A stretch of 64,000 nucleotides of DNA, taken from Raja brachyura. Taxonomy: Eukaryota. The notes below the pieces were generated by a model, which saw only the letters and a program-made list of their open reading frames with translations, searched no databases and had not been told where the DNA came from. A program made the position numbers and the translations under genes. Numbering within the stretch: the stretch's first letter is position 1; every line of letters starts with the position of its first letter. Positions 49,345 to 63,800 of this stretch are shown here, one piece after another. The DNA lies in assembly GCA_963514005.1 (NCBI GenBank), contig OY740795.1:4960001-5024000 (forward strand). Reading direction: 5' to 3'.

Positions 49345-51740
49345 TTAACAGGAATCTGAGAGGTACCTTTTTCGCAACAAGGGGGTGGGTGAATGGAACG
49401 AGCTGCCAGAGGAGGTAGTTAAGGCTGGGAGAATTCTAATGTTTAAGAGACATTTGGACACATACATGGATAGGACAGCTTTAGATGGATATGGGCCAAA
49501 TGCGTGTGAGTGGCACATGTTGGTCGGCGTGGGCAAGTTGGGCCGAAGGTCCTGTTTCCACACTGCATCACTCCATGACTAAAACGTTAAGAAGAAAAAT
49601 GCATGCAGATAAGTAGAGTAGGTTTGAAAGAGGAGTGAAATGTAAAGGCAGAGAGAGGTTTATTGGTGGAAAGGAACATAGGGAAGGAGGGAGGAGGGGG
49701 GAGGGGGGGGGCTTGGGCAGATGGGCGAAGGGAAAAACACACAAAGTGCTGGAGTATTTCAGTGGGTCAGGCAGCATCTCTGCAGATTATGGATAGGGGG
49801 CATTTCACAGAGTGCTGGAGTAACTCAGCGGGTCAGGCAGCATCTCTGGAGAAAAGGTATAGATTATATTCCGGGACAAGATCATTCTTCAGTAATATTC
49901 ATGATGTGACATGTTTAGACATTCCTGAATGTTACCCAAACCATCGTGAGCTACGTTGTGACGGGGCTTGCTCTCTCCTATAACGTCTCTACTGCCTTGG
50001 GTAATGCAGGACAGGACACGAGATTTGGGACATGGTGTGGTCTGTCCCAGCTTGGTAAAAGCCTGGATGGAGTGGATGTGGAGAGGATGCTTCCACTAGT
50101 GGGAGAGTCTAGGACCAGTGGCCACAGCCTCAGAATTTAATGCCGTCCCTTTAGGGAGGTGATGTGCAGGAATTTCTTGTCAGAGGGTGGTGAACTGTGG
50201 AATTCATTGCCACAGCCAGCAGTGGAGGCCAAGTCAATGGACATTTTTCAGGAGGAAATTGATAGATTCTTGATTGATACGAATGTCAGAGGTGAGGGGG
50301 AGAATGGGCTTGAGAGGGAATGATAGTCACAGAGTGATACAGTGTGGAAACAGGCCCTTCGGCGCATCATGTCCCATCTACACTAGTCCCACCTGTCCAC
50401 GTTTGATTCATATCCCTCTAAACCTCTCCTACCCATGTGCCTGTCTAACTGTTTCTTAAACGTTGCGATTGTCCCTGCTTCAACTACCTCCTCTGGCAGC
50501 TTGTTCCATACATCTTCCACCCTTTGTGTGAAAAATATACCCCACAGATTATTATTAAATCTTTTCCCCTTCACCTTAAACTTATGTCCTCCGCTCGTCG
50601 AATTGCCTGCTCTGGGCAAAATACTCAACCTGACCTATTCAAATCATGATCTTATACACCTCTATTAGATAATCCCTCATCCTCCTGAGCTCCCTGAAAT
50701 AGAGTCGCAGCCTACTCAACCTCTCCCTATAGCTCTGGCACTCTAATCCTAGCAACATCCTCGTAAGACTTCACTGTACCCTTTTCAGTTTGATGACATT
50801 TTCCCTATAACATGGTGCCCCCTCACAGATGCGGCCTCACCAACTTTTTAATTTAACTGCAACATAACCTCCCAAATACTCAGCCTAACCCGCTGAGTTA
50901 CTCCAGCACTCTGTGAAATGTCACAGAACAGGGCAAGATTAGAAAGTTTGCTATTTACACAAAAGTGAGTGGTTTTGCAGAGAGTGAAGATGATCTGCAG
51001 CAGGATTGCAATAGGATCTAGATTAATTGGCCACGTGGGCAGAGGAATGGTTGATGGTTGCATGGTTACTTGATTGTCGAGTCGCAGGAACATCAGGTGG
51101 TCAAAATGTATTTTGGCACCTTGGCCTCGATCATCAGTGTATTGAGTATAGAAGTTGGCAGGTCATGTTGCAGTTGTATAAGACATTGGTGAGACCGCAT
51201 TTAGAATATTGTGTTCAGTTCTGGGCAACATGTTATAGGAAAGATGTCAAACTGAAAAGAGTACAGTGCAGAATTATGAGGATGCTGAGAGGACCTGAGT
51301 TGTGAGCTATAGGGAAAGGTTGAGTAGATTGGGACACTATTCCATGGAGCGCAGGACGATGAGGAGAAATCTTATAGAGGTGTACAAAATCATCAGAGGA
51401 ATAGATCGGGTAGATGCACAGAGTATTTTGCCCAGAGTAGGGGAATCGAGGACCAGCGAACATAGGTTCCAGGTGAAGGGGAACAGATTTAATTGGAATC
51501 CGAGGGGTAACGTTTTCACACAAAGGGTGGTGGGCGTATGGAACGAGCTGCCAGATGAGGTAGTTGAGGTTGGGACTATCCCATCGTTTAAGAAACAGTT
51601 AGGCACGTACATGGATAGGATATGTTTAGAAGAATTTGGACCAAACGCAGGCAAGTGGAACTAGTGTAGCTGCGACATTTTTAGCCGGTGTGGGCAAGTT
51701 GGGCCAAAGGGCTTGTTTCCACACTATGTCACTCTATGTC
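49345..51740. mobile_element. Cluster of CR1-family 3' fragments and Penelope-repeat fragments
   Basis: LYKTLVRPHLEYCVQFW, FTQRVVGVWNELP and similar motifs. Confidence 0.8.
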
Positions 51741-51779
51741 TCCAATCGTGTTCTCCAGAGATGCTGCCTGACCCGTCGT

Positions 51780-53300
51780 GGCAGATTGTGCTTTCTCAGC
51801 TGCTGTAGGAAGTATATCCTCTGTTGTGCGTTTTTGACTGTGGAGTCGATGGTAGCCCCCCACTTAAGGCCACAGGAGATGATGGTCCCCAGGAACTTAA
51901 AAGACTCCACAGACGTGACTGTGGTGTTGTTGATGGGGAGTGGGGTGAGGGGAGGGGGAGCTCTCCTAAAGCCTACAATCAATTCCACTGTCTTAAGAGC
52001 ATTGAGCTCCATGTTGTTACGATGGCGTCAGGACGCCAGCTGTTTCACTTCCTGTCTGCAGGCAGATTCCTTCCCATCCTGGATCAGTCCAATCAGGGTT
52101 GTGTCGTCCGCAAACTTGTGAAGCTTGACAGAGGTGGCTGTGGAGGTGCAGTCATTGGTGTTGAGATAGTAGAGGAGAGGGGAGAGTACGCAGCTTTGCG
52201 GTGCTCCTCTGCTGAGCATATGCGGGTCCGAGATGTGCTTTCCCTGCCTCATATGCTGCTTCCTGCCTGTCAGGAAGCTGGTGATCCACCGACAGAGGGG
52301 TTGAGGCACAGTCAACTCGGAAATCTTGGAGTGTCGTAACTCTGGCACAATGGTGTTGAATGTAGAGCTAAAATCAACCAGCAAAATCCTCGCATAGGTC
52401 CCCTGGCGGTCCAGGTGCTGGAGGATGATGTACAGGCCCAGGTTGAGTGCGTAATGCACAGATCTATTGGCCCGATATGCAAACTGCAGACGGTCCAGCA
52501 GGGGGATCGTGATATTTTTCAGCTTGGCCAGCACAAGCCTTTCAAGGGTTTTCATGACCACAGGGGTCAGTGCGACAGGCCTGTAGACATTAAGACAAGT
52601 AATCCTTGACTCTTTGGGTACAGGGGCAATAGTGGAGACTTTGAAGCAGGCATGGACTGTACATGTTTGCTGGGACTGGTTAAAAATGTATGTGTTGACC
52701 GGTGCCAGTTGATTGGCACAGAGCTTGAGAGTAGATGGTGAAACATTGTCAAGTACTGGAGATTTCCGGCTTTTCTGTCTTCTGAAAAGCCTCTCCACCT
52801 CCTCTATTTTTATTGTTGATGAAGTTATGTTTGTTCAGCAAGGAGGGTGTGGGTAATTGGGTGTGGAGTGGTAATTGGAGAGGGGTGGGTGTAGAAGGGC
52901 CAGTCTTTGCAGTTGAGGTCAGGCTGTGAGTGGGTGTGTAGTGTTGGTTGGGGTGGGGGAAGGGTATAGTCTTTTCATACTGGAGTCTTGCCTTAAGTAG
53001 GGTTGAAGTGGTGAATGGGGAGGAGTCGGTGCAGGGTCCATTCTTTGCAAACTGGGGCCTCGCTGTGTTTGTTGGGGAGGGGGTACCAGGGTTACGTTTC
53101 TGATTTTCAAACCTGCAGTAAAACGCATTCAGGTCGTTATTCAGCTGACGATTGTCCAAAGAGCAGGGGGCTTTCCTTTCATAGCAATTTCTTTAATGCT
53201 CTTCCAAACTGAAGAAGCGTCACTAGCTGATTACTTGCTCCTCAACGTCTCAGAGTACCTTTCTTTGGCAGCTCTGATTCATCTTCTCAGCTCTTTGTAG
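51780..53300 (-). mobile_element. Rex1/Babar-type LINE fragment
   Basis: IFNQS...FKVSTIAPVPK...YRPVALTPVVMKTLERLV...LQFAYRANRS...KFADDTTLIGLI. Confidence 0.85.
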
Positions 53301-53930
53301 ATTTGGCTATCTTTAAACCTTTAACGATTAGGCTATCGCCTTGACGCATAATTGCCACCCCCCCCCCCCCCCCCTCCTCATTGAACTCGAAATGGAAACG
53401 TTGCATCTGTATATAATGATCCTATTAAAATGTATATTTCATAAATTGCCAATATTTTATACTAAGTTTTTTAAAATTGTTTAAGTACTTTAGTTATAAG
53501 ATGAAAGGGGTAGTCCTGCAAATATGTCGTAATTTGAACATGGGAATTAAAAATATTATCGACTTAATTCACATCTCTGTAACTTAGCTATTAGGGGGGA
53601 TACCGTACAGTGCTGATTTTGGTACGAAGGTTTGTACAATTCAATTACACAAATGGTCAGAAAATCTAATCTAATTCTATTCATATCTCTTATGATCTTA
53701 TGAGCATGTGACTCTGGAACGTTTTCCATCTACAAACTGCCTGGCCACATACAATTTTATTTTTTGACATTTTTAATTCTAATTATCTTTTCTGAAATTA
53801 TGATGATTTTAGTCGTGCATTGTCCAAGACACAACTTTATAACTCGATTATATGCTCAACTGAAGAATTGTGCTTAAACCACGCAGGTGGATTTTCTTCT
53901 TCTTCTTTTAAGTAATGCATTGAAAGTCCT

Positions 53931-54402
53931 GGGATGTCAGGACTTTCATATGAGGAAAGATTGGATAGACTCGGCTTGTACTCGCTGGAATTTAGAAGAT
54001 TGAGGGGTGATCTTATAGAAACTTACAAAATTCTTAAGGGATTGGACAAGCTAGATGCTGGAAGATTGTTCCCGATGTTGGGGGAGTCCAGAACAAGGGG
54101 TCACAGTCTAAGGATAAGGGGGAATTCCTTTAGGACCGAGATGAGGAAAACATTCTTTACACAGAGAATGGTGAGTCTCTGGAATTCTCTGCCACAGAAG
54201 GTAGTTGAGGCCAGTTCATTGGTTATACTTAAGAGGGCGTTAGATGCGGCACTTGTGGCTAAAGGGACCAGGGGGTATGGAGAGAAGGCAGGTACGGGAT
54301 ACTGAGTTGGATGATCAGCCATGATCACATTGAATGGCGGTGCAGGCTCGAAGGGCCGAATGGCCTACTCCTGCACCTATTTTCTATGTTTCTATGTTTC
54401 TA
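53931..54402 (+). mobile_element. Young CR1 3' end
   Basis: Uninterrupted SYEERLDRLGLYSLEFRRLRGDLIETYKILKG...; (TTTCTATG)n tail. Confidence 0.9.
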
Positions 54403-55061
54403 AGTACAGGATATACCACACACCCGCCATTCTAATCTGAATCATTCAGATGAAACGTCCCGAACCCATACGTCGCCAATCGATTCGCACCCCCAGATGC
54501 TGCCTGATCCGATGGTTGCTGCAGCACATAGCCTTTGCTCAAGTTTGTAGCATCTGTAGTTCATGGTAATATTATTCGGGAAACGTATCAATGTTCTCAT
54601 TCTGTGAGTTGTATGCGGGGAGCTCACACACTTGCATGTGAGCACTTTATAACGCAGACGGCATAAAAAGGCGCCCACGGTCCACCCTATCTATGCTGAT
54701 CATGAATCACGAAGTACTAATCTATCAAACCAGACTGACCTGCCCTTAGACCGTCATCTTCAATATCTTAGTGATTCGATTGCTCCAGTAGATACTTCCA
54801 AAATATGGTGGCAGTCTCTGCATCCACTGTTCTCTCAAGCAGTGCATTCCAAATTCCAGCTGTCCTCCACGTAAAGACTTCCCCTGAAACTATAATTTCT
54901 TATCATCAACCAATTCTACGTAGATATGGGGCAATATTCAATAATCTGTAATCTATCTGCACCCCATATAACTGTATAAATCCTCATCAGTTCGTCCTTC
55001 AGTCCTATAGCTAAGCCTTTGGAGCAGTGTATTCCAAATTTCTGCTATCCTCCGCACAAAG

Positions 55062-56018
55062 ACTCTCTCTACTCTCTCTACACCAACGACTGCGCCTCCA
55101 CAGACACCTCTGTCAAGCTTCTCAAGTTTGCGGACGACACAACCCTGATTGGAATGATCCAGGATGGGGAGGAATTTGCCTACAGACCAGTGTCACAGTT
55201 GGCGTCCTGGTGCCATCGCAACCTGGAGCTCAATGCTTTGAAGACAGTGGAATTGATTGTAGACTTTAGGAGAACTCCCACTCCCATCACCCAACTCACC
55301 ATCAACAACACCACAGTCACATCTGTGGGCTATTTTAAGTTCCTGGGAACCATCATCTCCAAGGACCTTAAGTGTGAGGCTAACATCGACTCCACAGTCA
55401 AAAAGGCACAACAGTGGATGTACTTGCTACGGCAGCTGAGGAAGCACAATCTGCCTCAGGCAATGGTGGTCCAATTGCACACGGCCATCGTAGAGTCTGT
55501 TCTCACCTTCTCCATCATGGTCTGGTTAGCCTCAGCCACCAAGCACGACACCCGAAGACTGCAGCGAATCGGCCGACCAGCGCAGAAGATTATTGGCTGC
55601 AACCTTCCCTTCATTGATGAACTGTACACTGCAAGGACCAGGAAGCGAGCGGGGAAGATCATCTCTGACCCCTCTGACCCTGGCCACAAACTCTTTGAAT
55701 AATTTCCTTCTGGATGGCGACTCTGGACTGTGAACGCTGCCAAAGCCAGACATAAAAACAGTTTTTATGGACGAGTAGTTGCTCTACTCACCAGCCAAAA
55801 ATCTGTAGCCTTCCTTTGATCTGGTATTTTATTGGTTCACATGCTTGATCAATGGTATTTTATCATTAATGTTATATTATTATTAATGTTTAGTGTTTTC
55901 CGAGTCATTCGTGACTGTCAATGTATGTCATGTTGCTACATGTGGGCGGAGCACCAAGGCAAATTCCTTGTAAGTGAATACTTGACCAATAAACTTACTT
56001 ACCTACTTACTTACTTAT
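55062..56018 (+). mobile_element. Rex1/Babar-type LINE 3' end
   Basis: LYTNDC...KFADDTTLIG...LNALKTVELIVDFRR...HKLFE; AATAAA then (CTTA)n tail. Confidence 0.85.
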
Positions 56019-57344
56019 ATCCATCATATTTGCGAATTGCCGTAGATCTCATGGCGTCTAGACGCTAATCTGCTGATTTATTGCCGTAGAGGAACATTAG
56101 TGATCTATTTCCGTGGAGGGACCTGTTCACACTGGCAACATATTGCTGGGGCTTGGTTGAGCACCTTATCACACAGATCTTGGGCAATTCACGACTCACT
56201 CTGCACGGAGCCAAAACATCCATAAAAAGAGACGTGCAGTCCAGGAGTTGCTCAATCAACCACAATACCCCACAGACTGACTGTCGTTAACTTCTTCGTC
56301 GCGATTCCTCCTCCCAACTGATTCAGAGGGGACCTGGTTTCAATTCCCATTACAAAGATTTATGAACATAATCCTATTCTAGAACTCCAGCACTATAGTT
56401 ACTGTATGGCCAGGCATGGTGTATTTTGGGGGGTGTTATGAAGAAGATAATCCTTAAAATAGGTGCAATATTCCGCAATTGGCACACTGTTGTGTATGGA
56501 AGTTCACTTACCACAAATTATCTGCTACATTCCTAACATTGGAGTAATAACCAAAATCAGATACTGAACATGAAGCTTCTCCGTGTTCCTCGGTACACGT
56601 GACAATATTAGCCTTAAATCTGAACCTAAAGGAGTCTACCACTCACCTACACTATATAGGTGATTTATAGCGACAAGCTAAACGACTTCAAGAAGTGGGA
56701 GAAAACCGAACCAGGGAAAACCCACACGCTCACAGCACAAGCTGCAGCGCAGATCAGCATCGAACTCCCTTGCGCTGCGAGGCAGTGGGTCTTCTAGCAG
56801 CGCCACCGTGTGGCCTGCAACCGTGCAGAAGACTTTCTCACCTAATCTGCCATGGACATTTCATGCATTACCTTAAATGATTGCAACCCCCTCCCAGTTC
56901 GGTATTTTTAACCATCCACAAATGAATAGTTTATTTTTTATTAATCTTGTTGAAACTTATATGTAAATGTTTACAAAATATTTCCAAGCGTCCTTGCTCT
57001 GGGCAGAGAGAAATCTTAAAACATGCCACAATGCGTACGTTGCCAATAAATGTTTTCCACACTCGTCCTAAACATTCGCATTCTCATCATTCATAAATGA
57101 TAAGAAACCAATCATATATTATTACAACAGGTAGTGCAAACGGAAGAGGAAATATAATTCAGAATATAGAGCTGCAGCTGCAGAGAAAGCGTAGACAAGA
57201 GAAATGCAAGGTTTACCGTGAGGTCGATTGGGAGATGGGGAATGTACCTTATTTGTAGGGATATACACAACGTGCTGGCGTACTCAACGGGCCGGGCAGT
57301 ATCCTAGAGAAAAGGGATGGGTCAAGTTTCGGGTCATTGAAACA

Positions 57345-59250
57345 TGACCTCGTCGCAGCTAACGCTGCCACCCAGCTTTGTGTCATCCGCAAACGTGGAG
57401 ATGTTATATTTACTTCCTTCATCTAAATCGTTAATATATATTGTAAATAACTGGGGTCCCAGCACTGAGTCTTGCGGCACCCCATTAGTCACTGCCTGCC
57501 ATTCTGAAAAGGACCCGTTAATTCCTCCTCAGTGCTTCCTGTCTGCCATCCAGTCTATGACCTGACCACCAATACCATGTTCTCTAATGTTATTTAATAA
57601 TCTCTTGGGTGGGACCTTGTCAAATGCTTTTTGAAAGTCCAGATACATCACACTTACTGGCTCTCCCTTATCTATTCGACTTGTCACATCCTAAAAAATC
57701 CCAGAAGATTAATCAAGCATGATTTCCCCTTCACAAATCCATGCTTACTTTGACTATTCCTGTCACAGCTTTCCAAACACGCTGCTATCACATATTTAAC
57801 AATTGACTCAAGCATCTTCTCCATCACCGACGTCAGGCTAACTGGTCTATAATTCACTGTTCCTCTCTCCCTCCTTCCTTAAACAGTGGGGTTACATTAG
57901 GTACCCTCCAGTCCACAGGAATTGATCCTGAATCTATCGAAAATTGGAAAATGATCACCAATGCATCCACAATTTCCAGCGCCAGCTCCTTGAGCAATCC
58001 GCGATGCAGACCATCAGGCGCTGGGGATTTATCTGCCTTAAGTCCCAAAAATTAACCTAATCATTTTCTGACCAATGTGGATTTCCTTCAGTTCATCCCT
58101 CCCACTAGATCCTCGGTCCCCTACTATTTCTGGGAGATTGTTTGTGTCTTACTTAGAGAAGACAGAAACAAAGTTTAACTTGTCTGCCATTTCATTGTTT
58201 CCAGTTATGAATTCACCTGTTTCTGATTTTAAGTAGCCTACATTTGTCTTCTCTAATCGTTTCCTCCTCGCTCATCTATAAGGGTTTTTACAATCAGTTG
58301 TTATATTCCTTCAAGCTTTCTTTCATGCTCTATTTAATAATTAACCCCATTTGTCCTCTTAATTTACCCCCTTGTCCTCTTCTGTTGAATTCTATATTTC
58401 TCCCGGCCCTCCGGTTTGCTGCTTCTTCTTGCCGATTTATGTGCATTTTCCTTGGATTTAACTCTGTGCCTAACTTCCCTCGTTAGCTACAGTTGAGCCG
58501 CATTCCCTGTTTTACGCCAGACAGGGCTGAACAATTGTTGTAATTCATCCATGCAATCTTTACATCTTTGCCATTGCATATCTACGGTCAACCCTTAGGA
58601 CATTTGACCCTTCGAGCCAGTACTGCCATTCAACGTGATCATGGCTGATCATCCACAATCAGTACCCCGTTCCTACCTTCTCCCCATTCCACTTGATTCT
58701 GCTAGCCCTAAGAACACTATCTCACTCTCTTTTGAATGCATCCAGCGAATCGGCCTCTACTGCCTTCTGATGCAGAGAATTACACAAATTCGCAACTCTC
58801 TGTGTGAATGTTTTTCTTTATCTCAGTTCTAAATAGCCTACTCTTTATTCTTAAACTGCGGCCCATGGTTCTGGACTCCCGCAACAGCGGGAGAATGTTT
58901 CCTGCATATAGCGTGTCCAATCCCTTAATGTTACGAATGCTCCGCACATTAAGGCACAAAGTTTTCAAGTTTGTTTTCACAATCTTAGCCCTTATAGAAT
59001 TAGGCTGTAATGTGAGACTTTTTGATTTTTTTCCATTTATCTCTCTGCTTTCCACATTTACTTTTCTCCCCTCTACCCTTTGCTTCTTCCCTAATTTGAT
59101 GGCCGTGTCATCCTGCATTGTTCCCACCCCCCTGCCACGTTAGTTTAAACTCTTCCCAACAGCACTTGCAAACACTCCCCGGAGGACATCTGTTCCAGTC
59201 CATCCCAGGTGAAGACCATCCGGTTTGTACTGGTCCCACCTCTCCCTGAA
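57345..59250 (-). mobile_element. Degenerate CR1 fragments (RT and endonuclease region, nested 3' end)
   Basis: GLKADKSPAPDGLH, LCLNVRSIRN. Confidence 0.8.
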
Positions 59251-59254
59251 CAGG

Positions 59255-62200
59255 TTCCTTTTTTCCACTTTTGTTTCACTTTAGTCTTTATTGCTTTTAT
59301 GCATGCACAAATAAAACACAAATATAACAACGACACATATATCAATGCAGTGAACCGTACAACCGTGCAACGGGGTGTTCAGTTTACAATGAATGATGCA
59401 ATATACAGAACTATTTTGTTACTAAAACATTTTCCAATAACTTATATTATTATCAATAAAATTATACAGCGTTGATGTCTTTATTTCCATACCTAATCCA
59501 TTTCCCCATTTTTCTGGTAAACTCGTCTTCTTTCACTCTTAGATAATTGTCATTTTCTCCATGACAAATATTTCCTTTACTATGTCTAACCATTGTCTAA
59601 GTCTGGGTGTGTCCGCTGCAAGCCAGTTTCTTGTTATGGCCTTTCTGCCAGCTGTAATTAGGATTTTAACAAAGTAATGATCTTCCTTCAGCATCACTGT
59701 ATTTATGTTACCCAGGTATAAAATGGAACACTTCTTGGAGACTATATATCCTAATACCTCCTTTAATTCTGAATTCACTCTGTCCAAAAATGGTTCTATT
59801 TTTGGGCAACTGCAGAAGATATGTGCATGATTTACGTCTGTTTGGCCACATTGTCTCCAGCATGTTTGCTCCCTTAGAATTTGCTTGCTGTTTATGTTAG
59901 TCGTAATAAAGAAACGAATCAAAATTTCCAATTAAATTCTCTCAATTTTTTTGAATTAGTGGATGTCTGTAGTGTTACACACATATGAGGCCATTCTTCT
60001 TCTGAGATTGTAATGTTCAATTCCCTTTCCCACTTAAATTTTACATTCAATGTAGTTTTAGCTTGACAATCCATTAAACTATGAGAAAGTTTAGAAATAA
60101 TGTTTTTTGATGATGCGCATTAACTATCACTTCTATCACTGGATTCTTTTCTTCTAGTGCCTTTTTACTTTTTTATTGTAATAATCTCTCAGTTGGAGGT
60201 ATCTAAACAAGTCTTGGTTCCGAAGTGCAAATCTATCCTTCAAATCTTGAAAACTTCTTAGCTCTCCATTTTCAGTAACAGTACAAAATTCTGTAATTTA
60301 TTTCTTCATCCAATCTTTAAATGTTGAGTCATACATCCCTGGTTTAAATTCATCATCTAAAGCTATCCATCTTAAAACTTTTTGTCGTTTATTCAGTTTA
60401 AGTTGTCTGGTAAGAGTGAACCATGTTTCTAAAGTTAATATCGTTATTTGATCGATAATACTCCTGAAATGTCCACGTAGCGCTTTTTCTCCCAATAGTG
60501 TTTGGATGTGGGGTCAGGGATATATGTCTCAATCTCTTTCCACCTAGCTATATAGCCGTCCTCACATCAATTAATTAGTGGTCGAAGTTGGGCTGCATAG
60601 AGATATATCCTAAAATTTGGAAGGGCCATTCCACTTTTGTCCTTTGGCAACTGGAGTGTAGTGTATCGAATTCTGGCCTTCTTTCCTCCCCAAATAAATC
60701 TAGATATTAATTTATCCCATTCCGTGAATTGTTTTAATGGTATCTCTATTGGCAGAGATTGAAACAAGTACAATAGCCTTGGCGAAATATTCATTTTCAC
60801 CACATTTATCTTACTACTAAAATCCATTGGGTAGGCGGACCATCTTTCTACATCCTTTGTTATGTTTTGGTTGATGTGATTATAAATGGCCCCATACAAC
60901 ATTGATGTATTTTTTGTTATATGTACCCCTAGGTATTTGATTGATTTTGAATCCCATTTAATATTATACTTTTGTTTGATTTATTCTGGAGGAGCACAAT
61001 GAAATAGGAGGGTTTGAGTTTTTGAAATATTCACTGCATAAAAATAAAATGTCTCTGTGATCCCCATCATCCCTGGAAATGAGGTGTTTACTTCCAAGAT
61101 ATTCATCATTACGTTATCTGCAAAAAGGCCAATTGTATTTTCTTTGTCTCTTATAGTTACTCCCCTCAGTTCCCTTTCTTGACGAATCGCTTGAGCCAAT
61201 TGTACAATATATATATATATATAGCAAACAGGGTAGGGCGAAAACAACATCCCTGTCTCGTTCCTCTTCCTAACACAAATCTCTCAGTGAAAGACCCATT
61301 CACCTTTACTCTTGCAGTAGCTTGCTGGTAAATTGCTTAATAACTTCAATTGAATCTTCGGTAAAGCCGAATCTTTCTAGTGTTTGATATAATAATTCCC
61401 AATTAACCCTATCAAAAGCCTTTTCCGCATCTAGGCTTATCAGGACAGCGCGCTTACTTTCCTTTTGAATCTTGTGTATTATATGTAGGGTTCATCTAAT
61501 ACTGTTCTGTGTTTGTCTGCCTATTATAAAACCAGTCTGGTATTCATCAATTAAATCTGGCATGAACTTTTCAAATCCTTTGGAGATAATTGAAGAATAT
61601 AATTTATAGTCCACATTTAGAATTGATATCGGTCTGTAGTTGGTGCAATTTTCCTTGCCTTTGCTGTCTTTGGGGATTAATGTTATAATAGCCTCTTTCC
61701 ATGACGGGGATGTCTTGCCTTTTTTGATAATCCAGTTAAAGGTTCTCAGGAAGTGGGTTCAGCACATTCCGAAATATGTTATACCATTCTATAGGGAAAC
61801 CGTCGCTGCCTGGGGCCTTGTTTGTTTTCATCCTACCAATTGTCTTCTCTATCTCCTCCAGCGATATTTCTGCTGTGATTATTTTATTTTGTATCTCTCC
61901 AGTACAGGGCAGATCTATTGTATTTAAAAACGTCCTCATTGATTCCCCATTTACTGTAGAGGTTTGTGTATATAATTCTTTAAAATATTCCTGGAAGATA
62001 TATTCTTTATATTTTGGATCACTCTTCAAATTCTGTGTACAGGGGTCCTTAATTTTGAGTATGGTGTTGTCAGCCTGTTGTTTGCTTAGCCTCCGGGCAA
62101 GTATTTTAGTAAATTTAGGGCCAAGCTCATAATGTGCCTGTTTTACAAATCTTGCTTTTTTCTCCACCTCTTGACCCAATATTCCATCATTTTTTCCCCT

Positions 62201-63205
62201 CAAATCTTCTATTTGGTTATAGGTTCACTGGTCCTTATTATTTTCATACTTCTGTTCTAAATCTTTCATGTCTGATATCAACTTATTATATGTTTTCATT
62301 CTGGCCTTTTTAATGTGTGATGCCCCAGCTATTAACCTACCTCGTATTAAAGCCTTTAAGGAATCCCATGGGATGGATGGGTCCACCTCCCCATTGTCAT
62401 TCTCCTCTAGATAAGTTTTGATTTCCAATTTAATATCATTTACAGTTGTTTAATCGTTCAGTATTCCAACATTTCATCGCCACACTGTGTTTTTCCTTCT
62501 ACTGTCCATTTGAATTGTTAAGTATAGGGCATTGTGGTCGGATACATCTGCCACACCAATTCTGCAATCCATTACTCTATAGCAGTCTTCTTTCTGGATC
62601 AAGAAATAATCTATTCCGTAGTAAACTGAGTGCGGCATTGAGTAATGTGTATAGTCTCTTTCTAGAGGGTGAAAATTCCTCCAGACATCAAGAAAACCAA
62701 ATTCTTCACAGGTAGTGTTTAGTAGTTTTGTTAACTGGCTCTTATTCTTCTTTTTACTTGTCGTATCAAGCCTATGATTCAGTACAACATTAAGATCCCC
62801 CCCACATATACAAATTCCTTCTGCTTCCATTGCAATAATATCAAATAGGGATTTGAAAAAATGTTTATCACTATCTGGGGGATCATAGATATTCACCAGT
62901 GTCAGGATATTATTATCAACCTTGCCTTTTACTGTGATATACCTCCCTTCTTTGTCTTTTATTTCTTTAAAATGTTCGAATTTAACTGAGTTTGATATCA
63001 AGATTGCCACTCCTCTTTTATGACTACAAGTATGTGATGTATTATATGTGTTTTATATCCAAATCCTTTCTGCTTCTCATGCTCTTGACGCGATAAATGG
63101 GTTTCTGCTAAGAAAATAACATGCATCTTCACTTTTTTCAATTTAGTCATGACTTTAGCCCTCTTAATTGAATTACCCAAACCATTAACATTTAGAGACA
63201 TCAGC
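59255..63205 (-). mobile_element. L1-clade LINE, degenerate ORF2 (APE endonuclease + RT) and 3' UTR
   Basis: SLNVNGLG...FLAETHL, GGDLN, SDHNAL, KAPGSDGFP, LFADN, PRLLYLFQSLP, CWRQCG...HIFCSCP; many stops and frameshifts. Confidence 0.9.
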
Positions 63206-63474
63206 TTGACATTGCATCTTTACAATTAGTGTGATTGATTTCACTGTATCCCCTCAACTCAACACCAGAACCATTCTGAACAACAAACCAAGAATCAAAT
63301 ACACAGGACAAGATGTTAAGAAGTCCCTTGTGCCAGTAGGTGGGGAGCATTTCACGACATTCGTTGATTGTTGAGAGTGGTAGACGCTCAACATCGGGGG
63401 GGGGGGGGGGGGGGTGGGAGGGATACGTATACGTATATCTTGGCCTAGGTAACCTGCAGGACTGTTGGGCATAG

Positions 63475-63800
63475 GACACATCATATGTAGTGTACCCTTG
63501 CATCACTGGGTGTTTCGGCCTTTTAACACTATACACCCTCCACAAGGGCGGTCCGCTGCAGGATGATCAGCCCTCAGCGCGTGCCCCGTGTCAAACTGCC
63601 CCAAAAATTCACCATGACGTACATGGGGCCCAGCATGGGTCTTTCCGCTTGAGCCAAATCCAACGGCTGCTTCTTTCAGCCGCGTCTGAGAGTGATCTAA
63701 TGGTCTTCTGCAGAGCCTAACCGTGGAATCCAAGCTCCTTCAGCAGTCTGATGGTAGATGACACAACAAATCCTCTGCATCCCACTTCAACTGGAAAGGA
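63475..63800 (-). mobile_element. HERO/NeSL-like (restriction-like endonuclease) non-LTR element 3' end
   Basis: My translation: FPVEVGCRGFVVSSTIRLLKELGFHG*ALQKTIRSLSDAAERSSRWIWLKRKDPCW; PVEVGCRGF is typical of this clade. Confidence 0.75.
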
